In this document: positions 42,301 through 59,941 of the stretch, piece by piece
Numbering within the stretch: the first letter of the stretch is position 1
Layout of the letters: each line of letters begins with the position of its first letter
DNA from: the human T2T-CHM13v2.0 reference genome, Homo sapiens
Length of the DNA: 64,000 bases
Strand: one strand, 5' to 3'
NCBI RefSeq assembly: GCF_009914755.1
Contig: NC_060926.1
Notes under the pieces: model-generated
Told to the model about the DNA's origin: nothing
The model's database searches: none
The model's input: the letters and a program-made list of their open reading frames with translations, nothing else
Translations under genes and position numbers: made by a program

Positions 42301-43559
42301 GGATCTGTCTTAGGTCTCAGATACTCAGCAAATCCAGCTATCAGTGTTTCAAATCCACCTACAATGTGCTGCTTGTTTTACTAGGTGGTGAGGGTAACAA
42401 AGATGAATGTGATAGAGTTTTTCCATATAAGAAACTTACAATCCATTGGCTCAAGATCAGTCATTCAAAAATGTGAATATTACAGTATAAATAATGGCCT
42501 TCAAAATTCAAAGCTTAATGCCAAATTCGACATTTATTGAGACTTTAAATTGTACATTGGCTACCTGTATAACTTTGGCTTCCTGTAATTTAGTGGTATT
42601 GGAAATGTAAAATTTAAATAACCCTATTTGTTAGTATGAACTGCTTCTAATTATAAGGAAGAAGTAAGTCAACATATAGAAGAATTGTGCAGGATTTGAG
42701 ACCAAAATTCAGAACTGTTCCTAAGGGAGGGTGGGCAGATGGGGATCCCCAAGAAGAAATGATAACTCCTTAGAATTAGAGAACTTTCACCAACTGGAAA
42801 GAGGCCAATTATCATCTCACTTTGTCAGCTGAATACATTATAAAAAGGAAAGACCTTTGCCCCTTTTGAGTTACGTGGTGTTCAGAATTCCAAGTCCCTC
42901 AGGAACTGTTTTCTTTCTTACCATTTTTAGAGTTGTTTTTTTCTAGAATGTAAGAGCAAAATGTGATCATTGAAGAACATTTAGGAAGTACAAGAAAGGT
43001 TTTAAAAAAAGAAATCACTCTTAATGCCTTTACTCAAAGACAACTTCCATTAACATCTTGGTATACTTTATTTTGAACGTTTTATATACATTTTATTTTA
43101 TGTAATTAAAACCAAGTCTTACAATTTTATATTTACTTTGTTTATACAGATATCACCTCATTCTTAAGTTTCATAAGCATATTTTTAAAAATGTGGGAAA
43201 ACAGTTTATGAAAATTCCAAATGTTACTTAGCTATTCCCTAATACTAGTCACATAGGTTGGTTCTAAGCTTAAGCTATTTAAATAACACTATGATGAAAT
43301 TAGCAATTAGTAGATAAGGCATTGAAAGGATGCAATAGCCTTCCTCATGTAGACTTCAGTCCTTTTTGTTGACACAAGTGTTTCATAGAACATCCTCCAA
43401 AAGATAAAACTTAATACTGTATTAGCTTCAAGGGACCATGAGGAAATGAGACAATACATTCACCTCCCCCATGTTATAAGGCTTCTTAAAAGAGTAGATT
43501 TTGATTTAATTTGGAAAAAGATGTCAAGGATGAAAGCACAACCTTGTGTGAAAAGCAAG

Positions 43560-43990
43560 TGTATTAGTTATCCTTGGCCATAATATGGCTAAATGAAAAC
43601 CAACTGAAAAATCACAGCAGCATAAAAAATAAACATTTATCTAGCTTATTCATCTGCAGATTGGCCAGACTCATCTGCCCTAGGACGGGCTTCCCCAGGC
43701 AGTTCTGCCTCAGGTTGCAGGAGGTGAGAGGCTCTGCTTCTCACTTCAGGTGTGGCAGTTGGCTGAGGCAACTCTGAAGTGTCATGCATCCTCCTCAGAC
43801 CAGCAAGAAATTGAGACATGAACTTCTCATATCCATGGCAGAGCCATTTCAGTCTCTTAAGTCTTGTCAAGCCTTTTGTCATGTCTTGTCTGCTGACATT
43901 TCACTGGTCAAAATAAAACAGATAGCTAAGCCTGAAGTCAAGACAGAGAGAAGTAAACTCGGGCTGTGGAGGTGCTAGAGAGAAAGAGTG
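43560..43990 (-). mobile_element. Old MLT1 LTR
   Basis: TGTATTAGTTA start; TCTGCTGACATTTCACTGGTCAAA..AGCTAAGCC. Confidence 0.6.
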
Positions 43991-44104
43991 GATATCTCCT
44001 AAGAATCGACCACAGCAGACAGAAAAATCACAGTGTCCTATGATGCTTCGTCTTTATTAAAGAACCTCAACGTTGTAGAAATAGGTAAAGGACCTCTTGA
44101 GGTC

Positions 44105-44657
44105 TGGGATAGTTAATTTTACATGTTAACTTGACTGGGTTAAGGGACACCCAGATAATTGGTTAAACAATATTTCTGGTGTATCTGAGGATGTTTCTGG
44201 AAGAGATTACCATTGGAAACGTTAGACTGAGTAGAGAAGATCTGCCCTTACCAATGTGCATAAGCATCATCCTATCCATTGAGGGCCTGTATAGAACATA
44301 AAGGAAGAAGAAGGATGATTTTCTTTCTCTTTACTTGAGATGGAACATTCATCTTCTCCTGCCCTTGGATATTGGAGCTCCTGGTTTCTGGGCCTTTGAA
44401 CTGGACTTATACCAGTGTCCAACTTCCCCATCCCCTGGTTTGCAGGCCTTTGGCTTCTGAGTGGATGCTATACCATCAGGTCTGCTGGTTCTCAGGCCTT
44501 CAGACTTAGACTGAATTATACTACCAAACTTTTCTGGTTCTTCAGCTTGCACACAGCATATCATGGGACTTCTAGGCTTCTGTAATTGTGTGAGCCAATT
44601 CCTATATTAATCTCCTCCTCCTCCTCTCTCTCTGTTTCTCTGGAGAACCCTAATACA
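44105..44657 (+). mobile_element. MLT2 (ERVL) solo LTR
   Basis: GTTAATTTTA..TGT.AACTTGACTGGG.TAAGG start; end CTGGAGAACCCTAATACA. Confidence 0.88.
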
Positions 44658-44911
44658 AAGTCTCCTTGTTTTTTTCTTTTTCATACATGCACCTAATTAT
44701 GAACAGGATGCTTCTGTGGACAGCCTAGACAACCTATGAGCAAATTGAGATAATGGGGCCCTGACTTGAACACGAAATCCCTTAAACTAACAACATTGTG
44801 TTGGACACAACCTCCTCATTCTCTGTTCTTTAAGGAATTAGCCTTCATAGAAGAATCTGTTTCATTTGACAACCCAGTGTCAGGCAACACTCACCTTATT
44901 TTTTCTCTAGG

Positions 44912-45089
44912 GCAGGGATTCGCAATCTAGCTGTGCATTAGAGTCAGCCAGGGAGCTTTTTAAAACTGCATGATGCCCTAGTCCTACACAAACCAATTAA
45001 CTCATAATCTGTGGGATTGGAGGCCCTCGCATAGATATATTTTAGGTGCCCAATGATACCACTGTGTATTCAGCATTGAGAACCACTGC
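44912..45089. mobile_element. MER5-type hAT MITE
   Basis: CAG.GATTC.CAA..CATTAGA.TCA.C.GGGAGCTTT...TTGAGAACCACTG. Confidence 0.7.
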
Positions 45090-45329
45090 TCTGGCACAGT
45101 CATTTTTTCCTTTTCTCTTCTTTCAATCTACTTTCTGTTTTCCAAGACCCCACATTTGATTCATAGTCATATTTAATTCCACTCTTATCTGTCATGGAAT
45201 ACTAAAAACCTGCACAACCAGTTGAATTTTTATCAAAATTTCTCAGAAGAGCTAACTTAGCCAACCTATATATTCTTCTACATTAAGAAATTGATTACCT
45301 GTGCTGTATCTTACCCAGTATAGACTCAG

Positions 45330-45515
45330 TCTTGGCTGCACTTTGGAATTACTTGGGGAGCTTAAAACCAAAACCAGAACCCAGAGAGAACACTTGCCTA
45401 GCAGCAAACCCCTGAGACTCTGGTTGAACTATTATGGGGTGCAGCCCTAGCCAGTGCTATTGTTTTTAAAGCCCCTTGGATAATTATAATATGTAGTCAG
45501 TTTTGAGAACCACTG
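45330..45515. mobile_element. MER5-type hAT MITE
   Basis: CTTGGCTGCAC.TTGGAAT.AC.TGGGGAGCTT...TTGAGAACCACTG. Confidence 0.65.
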
Positions 45516-47865
45516 AGCCCCAGTAGGGCTAGGAAATCGGCCATGAAAACATAACCCTAAGGCACAACCAATGAGTGACTGTATCTTCCCTGGTCCTGAG
45601 GATTCTTTGAATAGTGAGAAGTATTTCTTTGGATGTGGCAGAATGGAAAATTGAATACAAGTAATGACAGTGATACAAGTAGTTTGCTTGGCTGTGCCAA
45701 AGGCTGTGCATGTGGGAGTGATGGGAAATAGACTTGTCAGGGACAGATGTGGACACAAGGGATCATGTAGTAAAATCTCAAATACAAGGCCAAGGGGTAG
45801 AAACATAACTTACTAGACAACGAGAAGCTCTCATAAGTCCCCAAGCAATACAAAGCTCAGACATCAAGTGTTTCTTAAATTGTCTTCTGCTTTGAAATCA
45901 CAATGTTTAATTCTATTTTGACTATTTGTGTGGGTGAACCTTTCCATTCTTGCTTCTGCATATATGTTGCATATTTGATATATTGAATAAGCGTGCCACT
46001 TGAAATAGAATCATTAATTTTTCTTCTGTCCCTTTAAAAATATTCATTGGAACTAGTTCCCTTGCCTCTGGGCAAGAATCTGGGTGGTCTATAACTTCTC
46101 TAGCAAGTTCCCCATAATTGGCATATCAAAAGCTGGCTTTTCCCTCTGGCCATAGCAGGTGTTTAAGGCTGACTCTTCTCATGAGACATTCAAGTGTTCT
46201 TTGGAGGAAAACCTCGCTCATACCTCCAAATTTTGAGGGATCTCTAACTTGTAGCTCCATTGATAATAGAAAATATTTATCTATTCTGTCTGGCAACTTA
46301 GTCTTTCCACAGCCACTAGAAATAAGGTATTGCCCACAACTGTCCTCTTCTCAAGTCTGTTCTTCCTTTGGATAGGTCTAATAGCACTCTCTTTCTCCTG
46401 CCTAACCCACATCTGGTCCATGGGAAATGCTTATGCATCTTTTGTGCCAAAGATGCCAATAAACTCTGGGAGTACTGTCTGAACCCAACTCAGTCACCAT
46501 TCCTTTGACTTGTCAGTAGTGGCTAGTCACCTTGTCTCTGGACCATTAAGTTTGCAGGAGGTAGTTAGATACCAGGCTCCAAAGGTCTTGTTACTAGGAG
46601 GGACAAGCTCTTGGAGTGGTCTGTTGAATCCTCTTTTACCTGTATGAAGCGAGGGCTAGCATTTCCCTACTCTGACTTGGAATTGGGAGTTAGACTCATT
46701 GCACATTAAAGAGTTTCTCCAAAAATGCCTCTCCAGAGCTGATGAATTTAAAAAATATATTAATTACCGTTAATTACATAAGTCATTGATGCTACTTAAC
46801 CTGAACAGTTTTACCTATAGTTATCCAGGCAAGGAGTGGCTAGATTGCAAACCATACCTGTGTTTTTAATGATCAATTTGGGACTCATATTTAAAACTAC
46901 CAATTGTTTTCTCTGTCCTTGGCATATTAATGCAAAATCCTCATACTTATGGCTCATTACTCCCTTTGGCAGTCTTATGGGCCTCTTATTTCACCTCCGA
47001 TTCTTCTCTAGTAAATGACTGCCTGCTTCCCCCCAAGAGGACCCCAAAGCAAATTTTAGGTATGCCACATAGCCTATATTTAAAACCATGTTGCTCAAAA
47101 CACACTCTCCAAATTTGATAAAAATCTGTCAGGCTGATTTTGCTTGATGTAGTAACAGAGACATGTAAAAACATATACAAACATTTTTGTTTAGCTATAC
47201 ATAGATGCAGTTAAAAAGAAATAAATACTAGGCAGTAAATTCAACTGGCTAAGGAAAAGAGTATTTTGATGGTGTTGTTAGAATAGATGGGAATTTGAGT
47301 GGCATTGTTTCTCAGGCCTGCTGGAGGCTGGGGGATAGTAAATTTTCTCAAATACCATTTAAGTCTTTGTGCCCTTGCTATTTGTCTTGCCAGGGCTATC
47401 ATAGGTCTTGATGGATTTGGTATGTGCAGTCATGCTTGGCTGATGGTTTCACCTCTCTAATTGTCCCACTAGGAATTCCGTTATGGGGCCATCCATTGAA
47501 CTCTGCTGTTTGCTAGAGCCTGTTGCGTTGCCGTGTTCCCTGTGGCTTTAGTCTGGTAAACAGTTCTCCCTGTTTATTTTTCTCTATAGATGTGAGCTAG
47601 AATAAAATACTTAATTTTGACCTTCTCAAATTTCTAAATATAATTGCATCTTATTATGCATCTTTGCTACACTGGAGATATTGCTGCACACAGCTAATCC
47701 TTTCAGAAGAGAGAAATAAGTTCTTTGACTTCTTGGAAGGTATACATTCATCTTCATTTTTGCTCTTGTAGCTGTCATCTGAAAATAAATGATAAATGAG
47801 CTCCCTCTGCATTTTACTGGAGAACTTAGCTCCTCCCAACACAAATGCCTGGGAGTTTGAATTTT

Positions 47866-47897
47866 CATTTTATTTATTTATTTATTTATTTTTATTT
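47866..47897. repeat. (TTTA)n
   Basis: Short tetranucleotide run. Confidence 0.8.
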
Positions 47898-48326
47898 TAA
47901 AAATACTTAATCACCAGCAGATTTGGGAGCTCACCAAGAGGTCCCAGAGTTTGTTATGCATAAGTAACAGCTTATAAACAAGCTGTGATTTCTAAAATTA
48001 AGATGGCTTGTCTAGTGATGTTGAGGGCTGTCTTACATTTAGTGACTGTGTTGGGGGAGATCAGAGGGGAGTTAGCTTAACATTTACCTTTTGTAAATAC
48101 CTTTTGTCACTCACTCCTCCATCATTTGGACTCCTTAGAAGGACCTCTTGCTCTTGGTGGCAAATATTTATTCTTTACAAAGAGGTTGTCAGGGAATGAG
48201 GAATGCTCAATCCTTACTGAAGTCCTGGCTTCTGAATATTTTCTGATAACAAATGGTTTGAAGTTTTTGTACTTAATGCAGAGAAGTGTTGCTTAACTCT
48301 AAATTTTTTAAATTAAGTGTTCTTAA

Positions 48327-48680
<354 letters not shown>

Positions 48681-49596
48681 AAGATACTTCTTTGATATCT
48701 TTATTTTTGAAAGTCCTATAACGTTGACATTCAAATCTGTGTTATATTTGTAACATTTATCTATGTTTAATGTAAACAATTTACAGTTAAAATTAAATAT
48801 TTTTTCTCATAGTCAATATTTGAGTAAAATTAATATGTAATTATTCTTGCTGTAGGTAGAAATTAAATGTAGTCTGTTTTTTTGATTCCTCCCATTTTAC
48901 TCTTTCCTGGGTAATTATTCTCCTCTTGGCTTTCCTTTCAGTGCATGTTCTATGTGGTGAAGGGTATTGTCTCTCTCCTCCACTGCAGTAAGCTTCAAGC
49001 TGTACTTTCCCATGCTATGACTCTATATGTCCCTCAAGTTAGCCCTCTTTAAATTAGGAGCTGCCTAATTTATTGCATGTATAACTGCTGCCCCTGGCCA
49101 ATGTAAAATTCTGCAGTAAAGGACAATAACCTGCATGGTCATCATTTGTTTATTTATTTTTTTTTAATACAACCTCCTTCCCCCTCCTTCTTCCCTCTCT
49201 TCCAGTGCATTTTAAGTTCACTTCGAAGGCTATTTGCTACAAATCCCTTTCAACAATTTTATCTTATTCCCCACCTACTTCTTCTAGAAATACGTTGTTC
49301 ATTTCTTAAAGATCTGCATATTTTTCTCAGATAAAGTATTCAAATCACAGCAAATGTATCCCTGGGTTCCTTTCTGAGTGAACTATTAATGCTCCTAATA
49401 GAGCTACGCATGTGTGTGCACACAGTGGATAGCAGTCAAAATATTACTGTCACTAATAATTCTCATAATTGGGGATTCCACAGGTGATGTGTCAGTTCTC
49501 CTTTTGCTAAGCAGTCCTTCATGGTTCTTCCCCAACACCCATTTTTTTGTGTGTTTGTTGTACTCGCTTGGAATCTCTTTAAAAAAGCAAAGATGG

Positions 49597-50099
<503 letters not shown>

Positions 50100-50779
50100 T
50101 TATACTTGGAAACTGAGAACAGAAATGGGTTAAATTGTTCTAGATGAGAAACCAGGGTTTGAACTTACTGCCATTGACTCACGGCTATTTCTCCCTCCCT
50201 CCCTTGCAATAGCACTTCAAAGTAGACCATAGCATAGATTTCCAGACATAAATAGAATCCTTAAATTAGAGCTGTGACCTGCCTTTAATAATTAACCAAT
50301 AATGAGGTACTAGAAATTCATCTAATTACCTAACATATGTAAAGTTTCTGCTAAGCTGCTTTGATTTGAAGGGACAAATTAATTTAGGTTAGAATCAAAT
50401 CCATTTAGTTGAAATTGTGCCTTAGCTGTAGATGATCCTGAAGCAATACATACATAAGTAACTGTGTGTCTCAGAATGCTGGTTAGTACTTGGAACTTCC
50501 AATTCAGAAATTTCTAGTCAGATTTTACAGAATGTAGTTGGAGTTATTATAATAGTTTTTGGTTCTCACTGTTAAGCTGTAGTTTTCTTGCATTCATACA
50601 TTCAACCAATACATACTGACAGCCTAATAAGTGTCAGGTACTGTTCTCGGTCATGCGAGAATTACTCCCTGAGTGACAATGTTTACAATTTAACAAATCA
50701 ACCATCATTGCAAGGTGGATCTAGAAACAAAGACAAATAAGGATAGTATGAAGACATAGATTCAGTATCTCTTGACTTC

Positions 50780-51450
50780 AAATTACAGTCTCCCCTCTCC
50801 ATTGGTTGTTTAAATGTGGAATCATAGAATGTTTGGGCTGCGTGAAATCTATTCCATTCTTCTCCATGTAGAGAAAACTGAATCTGAGCAGATGAAGGGA
50901 TATGCTCAGGATCACAAAGCAAATTATTGGCAGGTGGGTTCAACTCAAGATTGCTGAGTATTAGGCCAATGTTTGTTACAAGACAGTGTTAGGAATGACA
51001 GGTGCATCTTAGCAAGACCAAAGAAGCCCCTTAGGCTTTGTGAAGTCTCAGATGAGCCTTGATGGGAAATGCAAAATATGTATTTTAGGTTGTGGTCAGG
51101 GTTCTCACATTCAGGTTGGATGGTACAGTCATTGGTGCTGATTAATGTATTAAATATAATCAAATAAATAAATGTTTTTAGACAGAAAAGAAGCAGCTGG
51201 CATCTCTGAGGATTGCTCCAACTTAGGTGAAGCTGATTTCTCCCTGCATGGCCTTTATACTGATCTCATTACTGTTGAACACAGGTTCATGGACATAATA
51301 GAAACTTAGAGTTGGATGGAACATTAGAGACTATAACACATTCGTTTCACTTACCAGTTGGGATAACAGACTGAGTAAAGAAAGTGACTTGCCTAGTGAT
51401 GTGCTAATAGCTAGAGACAGAGCAAAGCATCTTGATTCTTAATTCAGTGT
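50780..51450. mobile_element. Two MIR relics (~50810-50940 and ~51295-51450)
   Basis: ATCATAGAAT.., AAACTGA.., AGTGACTTGCC motifs. Confidence 0.45.
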
Positions 51451-51734
51451 TCTCCTGTCTCCCTATCTCGTGTTCTGATGTAATTTGGTAGAATATCAGA
51501 GCCTTGTTTCACAGGTGGTAATCAAAGGATTTACCCTTCTTTGGCAAGCAAACTCTCTGCTAGCATTATAAGATGATTCTGGGTCTGTTTGCATCCACTC
51601 TTGGATTTCTGCCATCTTTTCTTCCAGTGTGCTAAGGTATAATCATCTCTTGTTTCACAGAACATGACCACAATTCAGGAAAGGTTGTTCTGGATGGACC
51701 TTGGCCTTATTCCTTTAAGAATAAAAAAGTCATG

Positions 51735-51975
51735 TACATTACAGTGACTATAGTTAATTATACCATATTGTATACTTGAAATTTGCTAAGAGAGTAGAGC
51801 TTAAGTGTTCTAATCACACACAAAACAAAAGGTAACTATGTGAGGTGATGGATGTGTTTATTAAACTGTGGTGATCACTTCACTATATATATATATATAT
51901 ATATATCAATTTATCACATCGTATACCTTTAATATATATAATTTTTATTTGTCAATTATGCCTCCATAAATCTGG
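51735..51975 (+). mobile_element. L1MA/L1MB 3' end with (TA)n
   Basis: GTGACTATAGTTAAT..TATACTTGAAATTTGCTAAGAGAGTAGA..GGTAACTATGTGAGGTGATGG. Confidence 0.85.
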
Positions 51976-52815
51976 GAAGAGAACCAGTGCCCAGAAAATA
52001 CATGTTTGATAAATAATACAAAAAAGAAAAGGAAAGGTGATCATTGGAGTAGAGATGAAAATTTTCTATACCCCAAAAAGAAGTTATTTAAGAAAAATCC
52101 CTACTCCCTTTATGGTTACTTCTGTCTCTGGATATAGTTCATTCTCTCAAGCATCTTATTTTACAATGATATGAGAGACGTATGCATATGTATCTGGAAA
52201 GCTATACAGATATTTAAGCAGAAGAAGCATGAAAATTATGTTGATTCCCAACACCTCAAATAATCATGCTTGAAAAAACTAAATTGTGGCTGAATAATAA
52301 CCATGACTTTCACTGTAAACGATGGAAGTCCATTAGAAATCTGAGGCACAAGGTTGGTGGACCATTGCTGGCAAGCAGCAATGCTTACGTGTTAGTGGTG
52401 ATTTGAAAGCCTTCAAAAGTTCAATCTGGAACGAGAGGTTTGCATAAAGCCCTTTCTATATAAGCTGATGAAAGTTCAGAGATTGGCTACTGCTGTTTGC
52501 TGGGGATGATCACAACAGAATTGCTCATGGTCTCCACACCTTCACTCAGTTGCTCTCACATTCTTTCTTCTCAGACCACATTTCCAAAATTGGCCATGTC
52601 CTGGTTACGCAGAAGTCATTATACAACAGAAAAAGGGATGCATTCCTGTTGGTCTATGTGAGCTAACAAATCCCTGATCTCAATCAGGGAAAAGTTCAAC
52701 CTCATTAAATTTTCTTATTTTCTAAGCTCCTTCTATATATCCACAAATATGCTAGCTATTTATATAATTTTATGGCATGACCTGCCATGTCATATAATGT
52801 GTGCTTGTATTCTGA

Positions 52816-53445
<630 letters not shown>

Positions 53446-54305
53446 CACCCTTTTTCTTAATACTCTCTTGTACCTGTTGTACTAAGATCTAACTCCTTCC
53501 CTCTTACTGCTTCCCTGGTGTCGCTCTACTTTTCCACTTTGACGTCTTCATTCTCATCATGAGAAAAACCTCAGAGTCACCAATGATATGCCTAGAAAAT
53601 CTTCTCTCTCTCTTTTTTTTTTTTTTTTTTTAACGTGTTTGCTGATAAAACAATTGCACAGAGTAGCAGGAAGATTTCTGTGGTCCTACTACTCTCACTA
53701 CCTTATAATTGTGAAGAGTTCCAGATTTCCATATTTTACTGGATTTTTGTAACACTGTGAGTTAACAAACGTTTCAATCATGTTGTTTAGGTAGGAAATT
53801 GAGTCTCAAAAGATAAAGTAACAGTAAAAGTCATAGAGCCAGTTGGTAATAAAAGCAAGACTGGAGAAAGGATCTCATTTTTGTTTTAGAACATTTCCCT
53901 AAAGTATCCCAGTTTTTCATATTTTCTTATCTGTAAATTCACAGTTTGTTTCCACATAAGTAGCAGAGTCCTCAGCCTACGAACCAAGTCAATACATGAT
54001 ACAAGCCTGATCTACCTGACCTGTGAATGTTGCTGCTGGTAAAGGTGACAGTGAATTGCCATTGAAAAGGTAGAAGATTCAGTGAAGTCCAGAAAGTCTC
54101 TATGCAATACAAGTGTAATCTATTCATAACTTCAGGTTGTAGAGGGAAGGAAAAGGAATGCAATGAGCACTTGTTGTCTATTGGGTACGAATGCTGTGCA
54201 GGTGCTTTACTTGTGAGTGCAGCAGTCCTGTGACAGTGTTGAGTATTTTCTGCATTTTCAAAATGAGGAATGTGATGCTTTGAGAGGTTAAAGAACCAAG
54301 ATTAT

Positions 54306-54708
<403 letters not shown>

Positions 54709-56149
54709 TCAGAGCAAATGCATTCACTTTCTCACTAAAGAGAACTAGATGCTCTCCTATACTGCAGCAGTTGAGGTATGACAGTGAAAGACATGACTTT
54801 CACTGTCTACGATGGAAGTCCATTAGAAATCTGAGGCACAAGGTCGGTGGACCAGCAGTGGAGAGCTGTTGAGGTAGTGAGTTAACAAAAGAAACAGGCC
54901 ATGATTGGAATTTTAATTCAATAAATTATACTATATTATTATCATTGTCAGACTCAATAAACTTCCATGTTTCTTATCTTCTTTATTCTTTTCCTAAGAA
55001 AAAATAACAATCTTTCTTCCACTTAAACTGGTGTTTTCTTTCAGTCATGCAATCTTCAACTGTGTATTTGTGCGGTGTCATACTCATAAATTTGCATATT
55101 CTAGTACCCAAAGGAGTCCTGGGAATTTCAAGTTTAATGTAAAATAAATTTTGGAATAGAGACTCTCTAGTACTTATGCTTCCAGACATTCTCTGGAGAC
55201 TTCTAATTAAAAAATAAATAAAAAGCTTTTCCAAAGCTACCAAACACATCTAAGAAGTAAAATCCCATTGACAAATACTTTGGCTGAATGCCATCAACTA
55301 AAACTTCTGCTAACAAATTTCATTGAGGCTTTATTGGGGAAAAAAGCAATTCCATTAAAACAACAACTGAATCAATTCCAGGTTGTTGCTAAAGACTGTG
55401 CTTCGGAGAGATGGTTCGGATCATTTAATTTTTTTTAATGGAAATGTGTGCATAATGAAATTTCCTCACATTCAGCCTCTTTTCTTGGCAGCAAAACATC
55501 CCTATGGATACACTTGTCAACATAACAACTAACACAGTTTTTCTTTCATCCAAGAGATAGCATTTGCAATCACTGATGAGATCTGGAAAGATCTACTAGA
55601 TGGATGGTTAGCCAAACAACGTCCTAACAGTAGAAGCTTTTCCGGAGATGCTGGTGGAACAGTGTCACCAAATGTTGGTTTATTCAGTCCTCTAATGAAC
55701 ATTTATTGAGTTTCTGGGCGAAGTGATTGAAAGAAAGGAATTCCTCTAAAGTAGTTTTGCAGTTATAAAGCTCTATCTAGCTTAAGGGATAATAATCCAT
55801 TTCCTGATTTTTTTCTTGTTACCTAAGACTGTGCTTAAGATAGTATCCTGTTTGGGGTTGGGTTAAAGGATAGTTGGAGAAAGGATGGCACTAACATTTC
55901 AAAAATCTTTCTGGTAATGAATTGAATTCACAGACTCCAAAGAGTAAATGAAAATCTGTTGGTGTAAATTAAGTGTACCCTAAGATACCTGTCAATTGCT
56001 TCTCTAGTTTATTTTAAAAATGGAATAAGCAGGCTTCAGTACTAAAATTTGAGGAATTTTTTACAATGTGAGTTGTGGGATTCTCTTACACACAGTATAT
56101 GGTTATTTTCTCTAACATTATTTCTTGATTGAACCACGTTGGATATTTC

Positions 56150-56445
56150 TTTTTTTTTTTGTTTTGAGACGGAGTTTCGCTCTGTCGCTCAGGCTGGAGT
56201 GCAGTGGTGCAATCTCGGCTCACTGCAACCTCTCCCTCCTGGGTTCAAGCAATTCTCTGCCTCAGCCTCCCGAATAGCTGGGATTACAGGCACCCACCAC
56301 CACGCCCAGCTAATTTTTGTATTTTTAGTAGAGATGGGGTTTCACCATCTTGGCCAGGCTGGTCTTGAACTCCTGACCTCGTGATCCACCTGCCTTGGCC
56401 TCCCAAAGTGCTGGGATTACAGGCGTGAGCCACTGCGCCCGGCCC
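56150..56445 (-). mobile_element. AluS (Sg-like)
   Basis: Antisense Alu; TSD CAC(G/A)TTGGATATTTCT. Confidence 0.93.
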
Positions 56446-56684
56446 ACATTGGATATTTCTAATGGTCTTCAAAATGCTTGAGCTTGTAGGAATATATCAA
56501 TACGAGACCCAGAAATTGAAGGAGCGGCTTTAGAGATAAATTCTGGCTGTAATACAGAGGCTGAGTGATGCATTTTCTAAATGGTATAAGGAGACAGAGG
56601 AAACCAGCACTTCTGTATCTGTATGTTGGGCTCAGGCATGAAGTGTTACACTCATGGTCTGCTTATAGGTTTAAAAATTCATTA

Positions 56685-56980
<296 letters not shown>

Positions 56981-57343
56981 TTTCATTATAAAGGTACCAA
57001 AGGAAAGTCCTGCTTGAGAGACAACATTAGGCTGATCACTCAACTGGCATGGAGTGATCTCCCTCATCTACATGGCAGGGAAGTGTGGGAGCTGCCTCTA
57101 TTCAACCTCTGTCCCAAAATGCCTCAGCATGCTCTACCATGTCTTAATGTATGTATTAATGAGAGAGAGCAAAAACTGGAAGGAGATTATGCTTTTAAGT
57201 TATAAAGACACTTTCTACAATTTTCTCACTGGGCCCTTTGAATCTTCCCCAGAATGTTCTGGAATCTCATTAATAGACTTCCCTATCACCTCCAATTCCA
57301 TCCCACTCCAACATCTGTCAGTTAATAAACATGGGCCTCTGTA

Positions 57344-57520
57344 GCAGAGTTTCTCAGACTTTAATATGCATAAAAATAGGTATACAGATTCCCTCAAGGT
57401 CTTGATAAAATGCAGATTTTGATTCAGTAGGTTTGGGGTGGGGCTGGAAGCTCTGTATTTTGAAAAAGAACCTGGGAGATGCAGATGCTTCTGGTCCATG
57501 AACCATCCTTTGAGTAGCAA
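57344..57520. mobile_element. MER5A-like
   Basis: TTTCTCA.ACTTTAAT.TGCAT..AAAATGCAGATT.TGATTCAGTAGGT.TGGGGTGGG..CTTTGAGTAGCAA. Confidence 0.8.
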
Positions 57521-57649
57521 AGCTCTGGATCTGCTTTCAAGGGAATAAAATTGAATTAACATTTGTGAGTCAAAACTCATAAAAGCTATAGGCTACATAC
57601 AAGGCAATGTACAGGTAATGTTTCATCTCTTTTTCTCAAGTACGTGCAA

Positions 57650-57775
57650 GGTGCATATTATGTCCGTTTAACAGATGAGAAAACTGGGGCTTGGAAATGT
57701 TAACTTTCCCCCAAATCATAGCAAAGCTAACACTAGATCCTAGTTTCTCTGACCTGAAAGCTCAATATCCTTTTG
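57650..57775 (-). mobile_element. MIR
   Basis: TTTAACAGATGAGAAAACTGGGGCT..GTTAACTT.CCC. Confidence 0.65.
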
Positions 57776-58659
57776 CCAGACTAGTGCTTCCCAGTGTTGA
57801 TGCTTCTCAGAGTATGCTGACCTGCCAGCGTTTTCTAGTTTGTCAAAGAACATTCCAGGGAATAAGTAGACTGGCTTTCCACCCAAACACCGCTAATATA
57901 ATTGCAGTGTGCTTTTTTTTTTTCTTCCAAAAGCCATAAATGCAGAGGGGCAATAAGAATAGAATAAAAAAATCTTTGGCATGCAAAAGAGCAGATAGGC
58001 AAGTGGTACCTGTACTAAGAAGCCCGGAGAGTGCTGAGCCGAGGTAGGTGGTGGGAGGAGTGGGAAGTCAGCTGACAGCACATTAGTGATCCTCTGCCTC
58101 AAAGGCCATCTTGAGAGTTTGCATCGTCCACCAGTAGAATAAAGTTCTAGAACTTTTAGAGTAGCTCGGATAGAGCTTAACCTTAAGCTCTACATATGGA
58201 GGACAGTAGTGAAGCCCTGAGAAGGAAAAGGCAGAAATAATGAAAAGGACAAAGAAAACGAGGATGATCAACATTATTGCCACCAATGCTTATTGTAAAT
58301 GTCATAAAAATACAGGCACAAGGGAATCCCTGCCATTAAGAGACATTAGCATAAAGCAATGTCTGATGGAGCTGAATAAAAGTGACTTTTTGTCTATTTA
58401 TTAAAAAGCAGAAGGGGGTCTTGTTGAAGAGGTGGCACTCTAACTGGGCTGGGGAAAAATGTTGAACGTATATGGAAGAGAAAGAGCTCTTTCTAATCCG
58501 TGTGGATCTGGAGAAGAAAAGAAACTAATACTAAATTCTTTTTAGTTCTATAATAGAAATCAGCAACCTAAAGTACTAAAACTTGAGGACTTCTTACAAG
58601 GTGAGTTGTGGGATCCCCTTTTATACAGTGCATCATTTTTTTCTCTAACATTAACCAGT

Positions 58660-59600
<941 letters not shown>

Positions 59601-59635
59601 AGGTTTTTCACTTTATTTGGCATTATGGTGGGTAG

Positions 59636-59941
<306 letters not shown>

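Noticed and set aside
52671-52690. 8-bp inverted repeats (also ~24068-24088 and ~40755-40784)
   Set aside because: Expected by chance in 64 kb. Bacterial-style terminators do not apply to this genome.
58424-58440. CTCF-like AGGTGGCACT
   Set aside because: It lacks the 5' CC(A/G)C half of the core motif.
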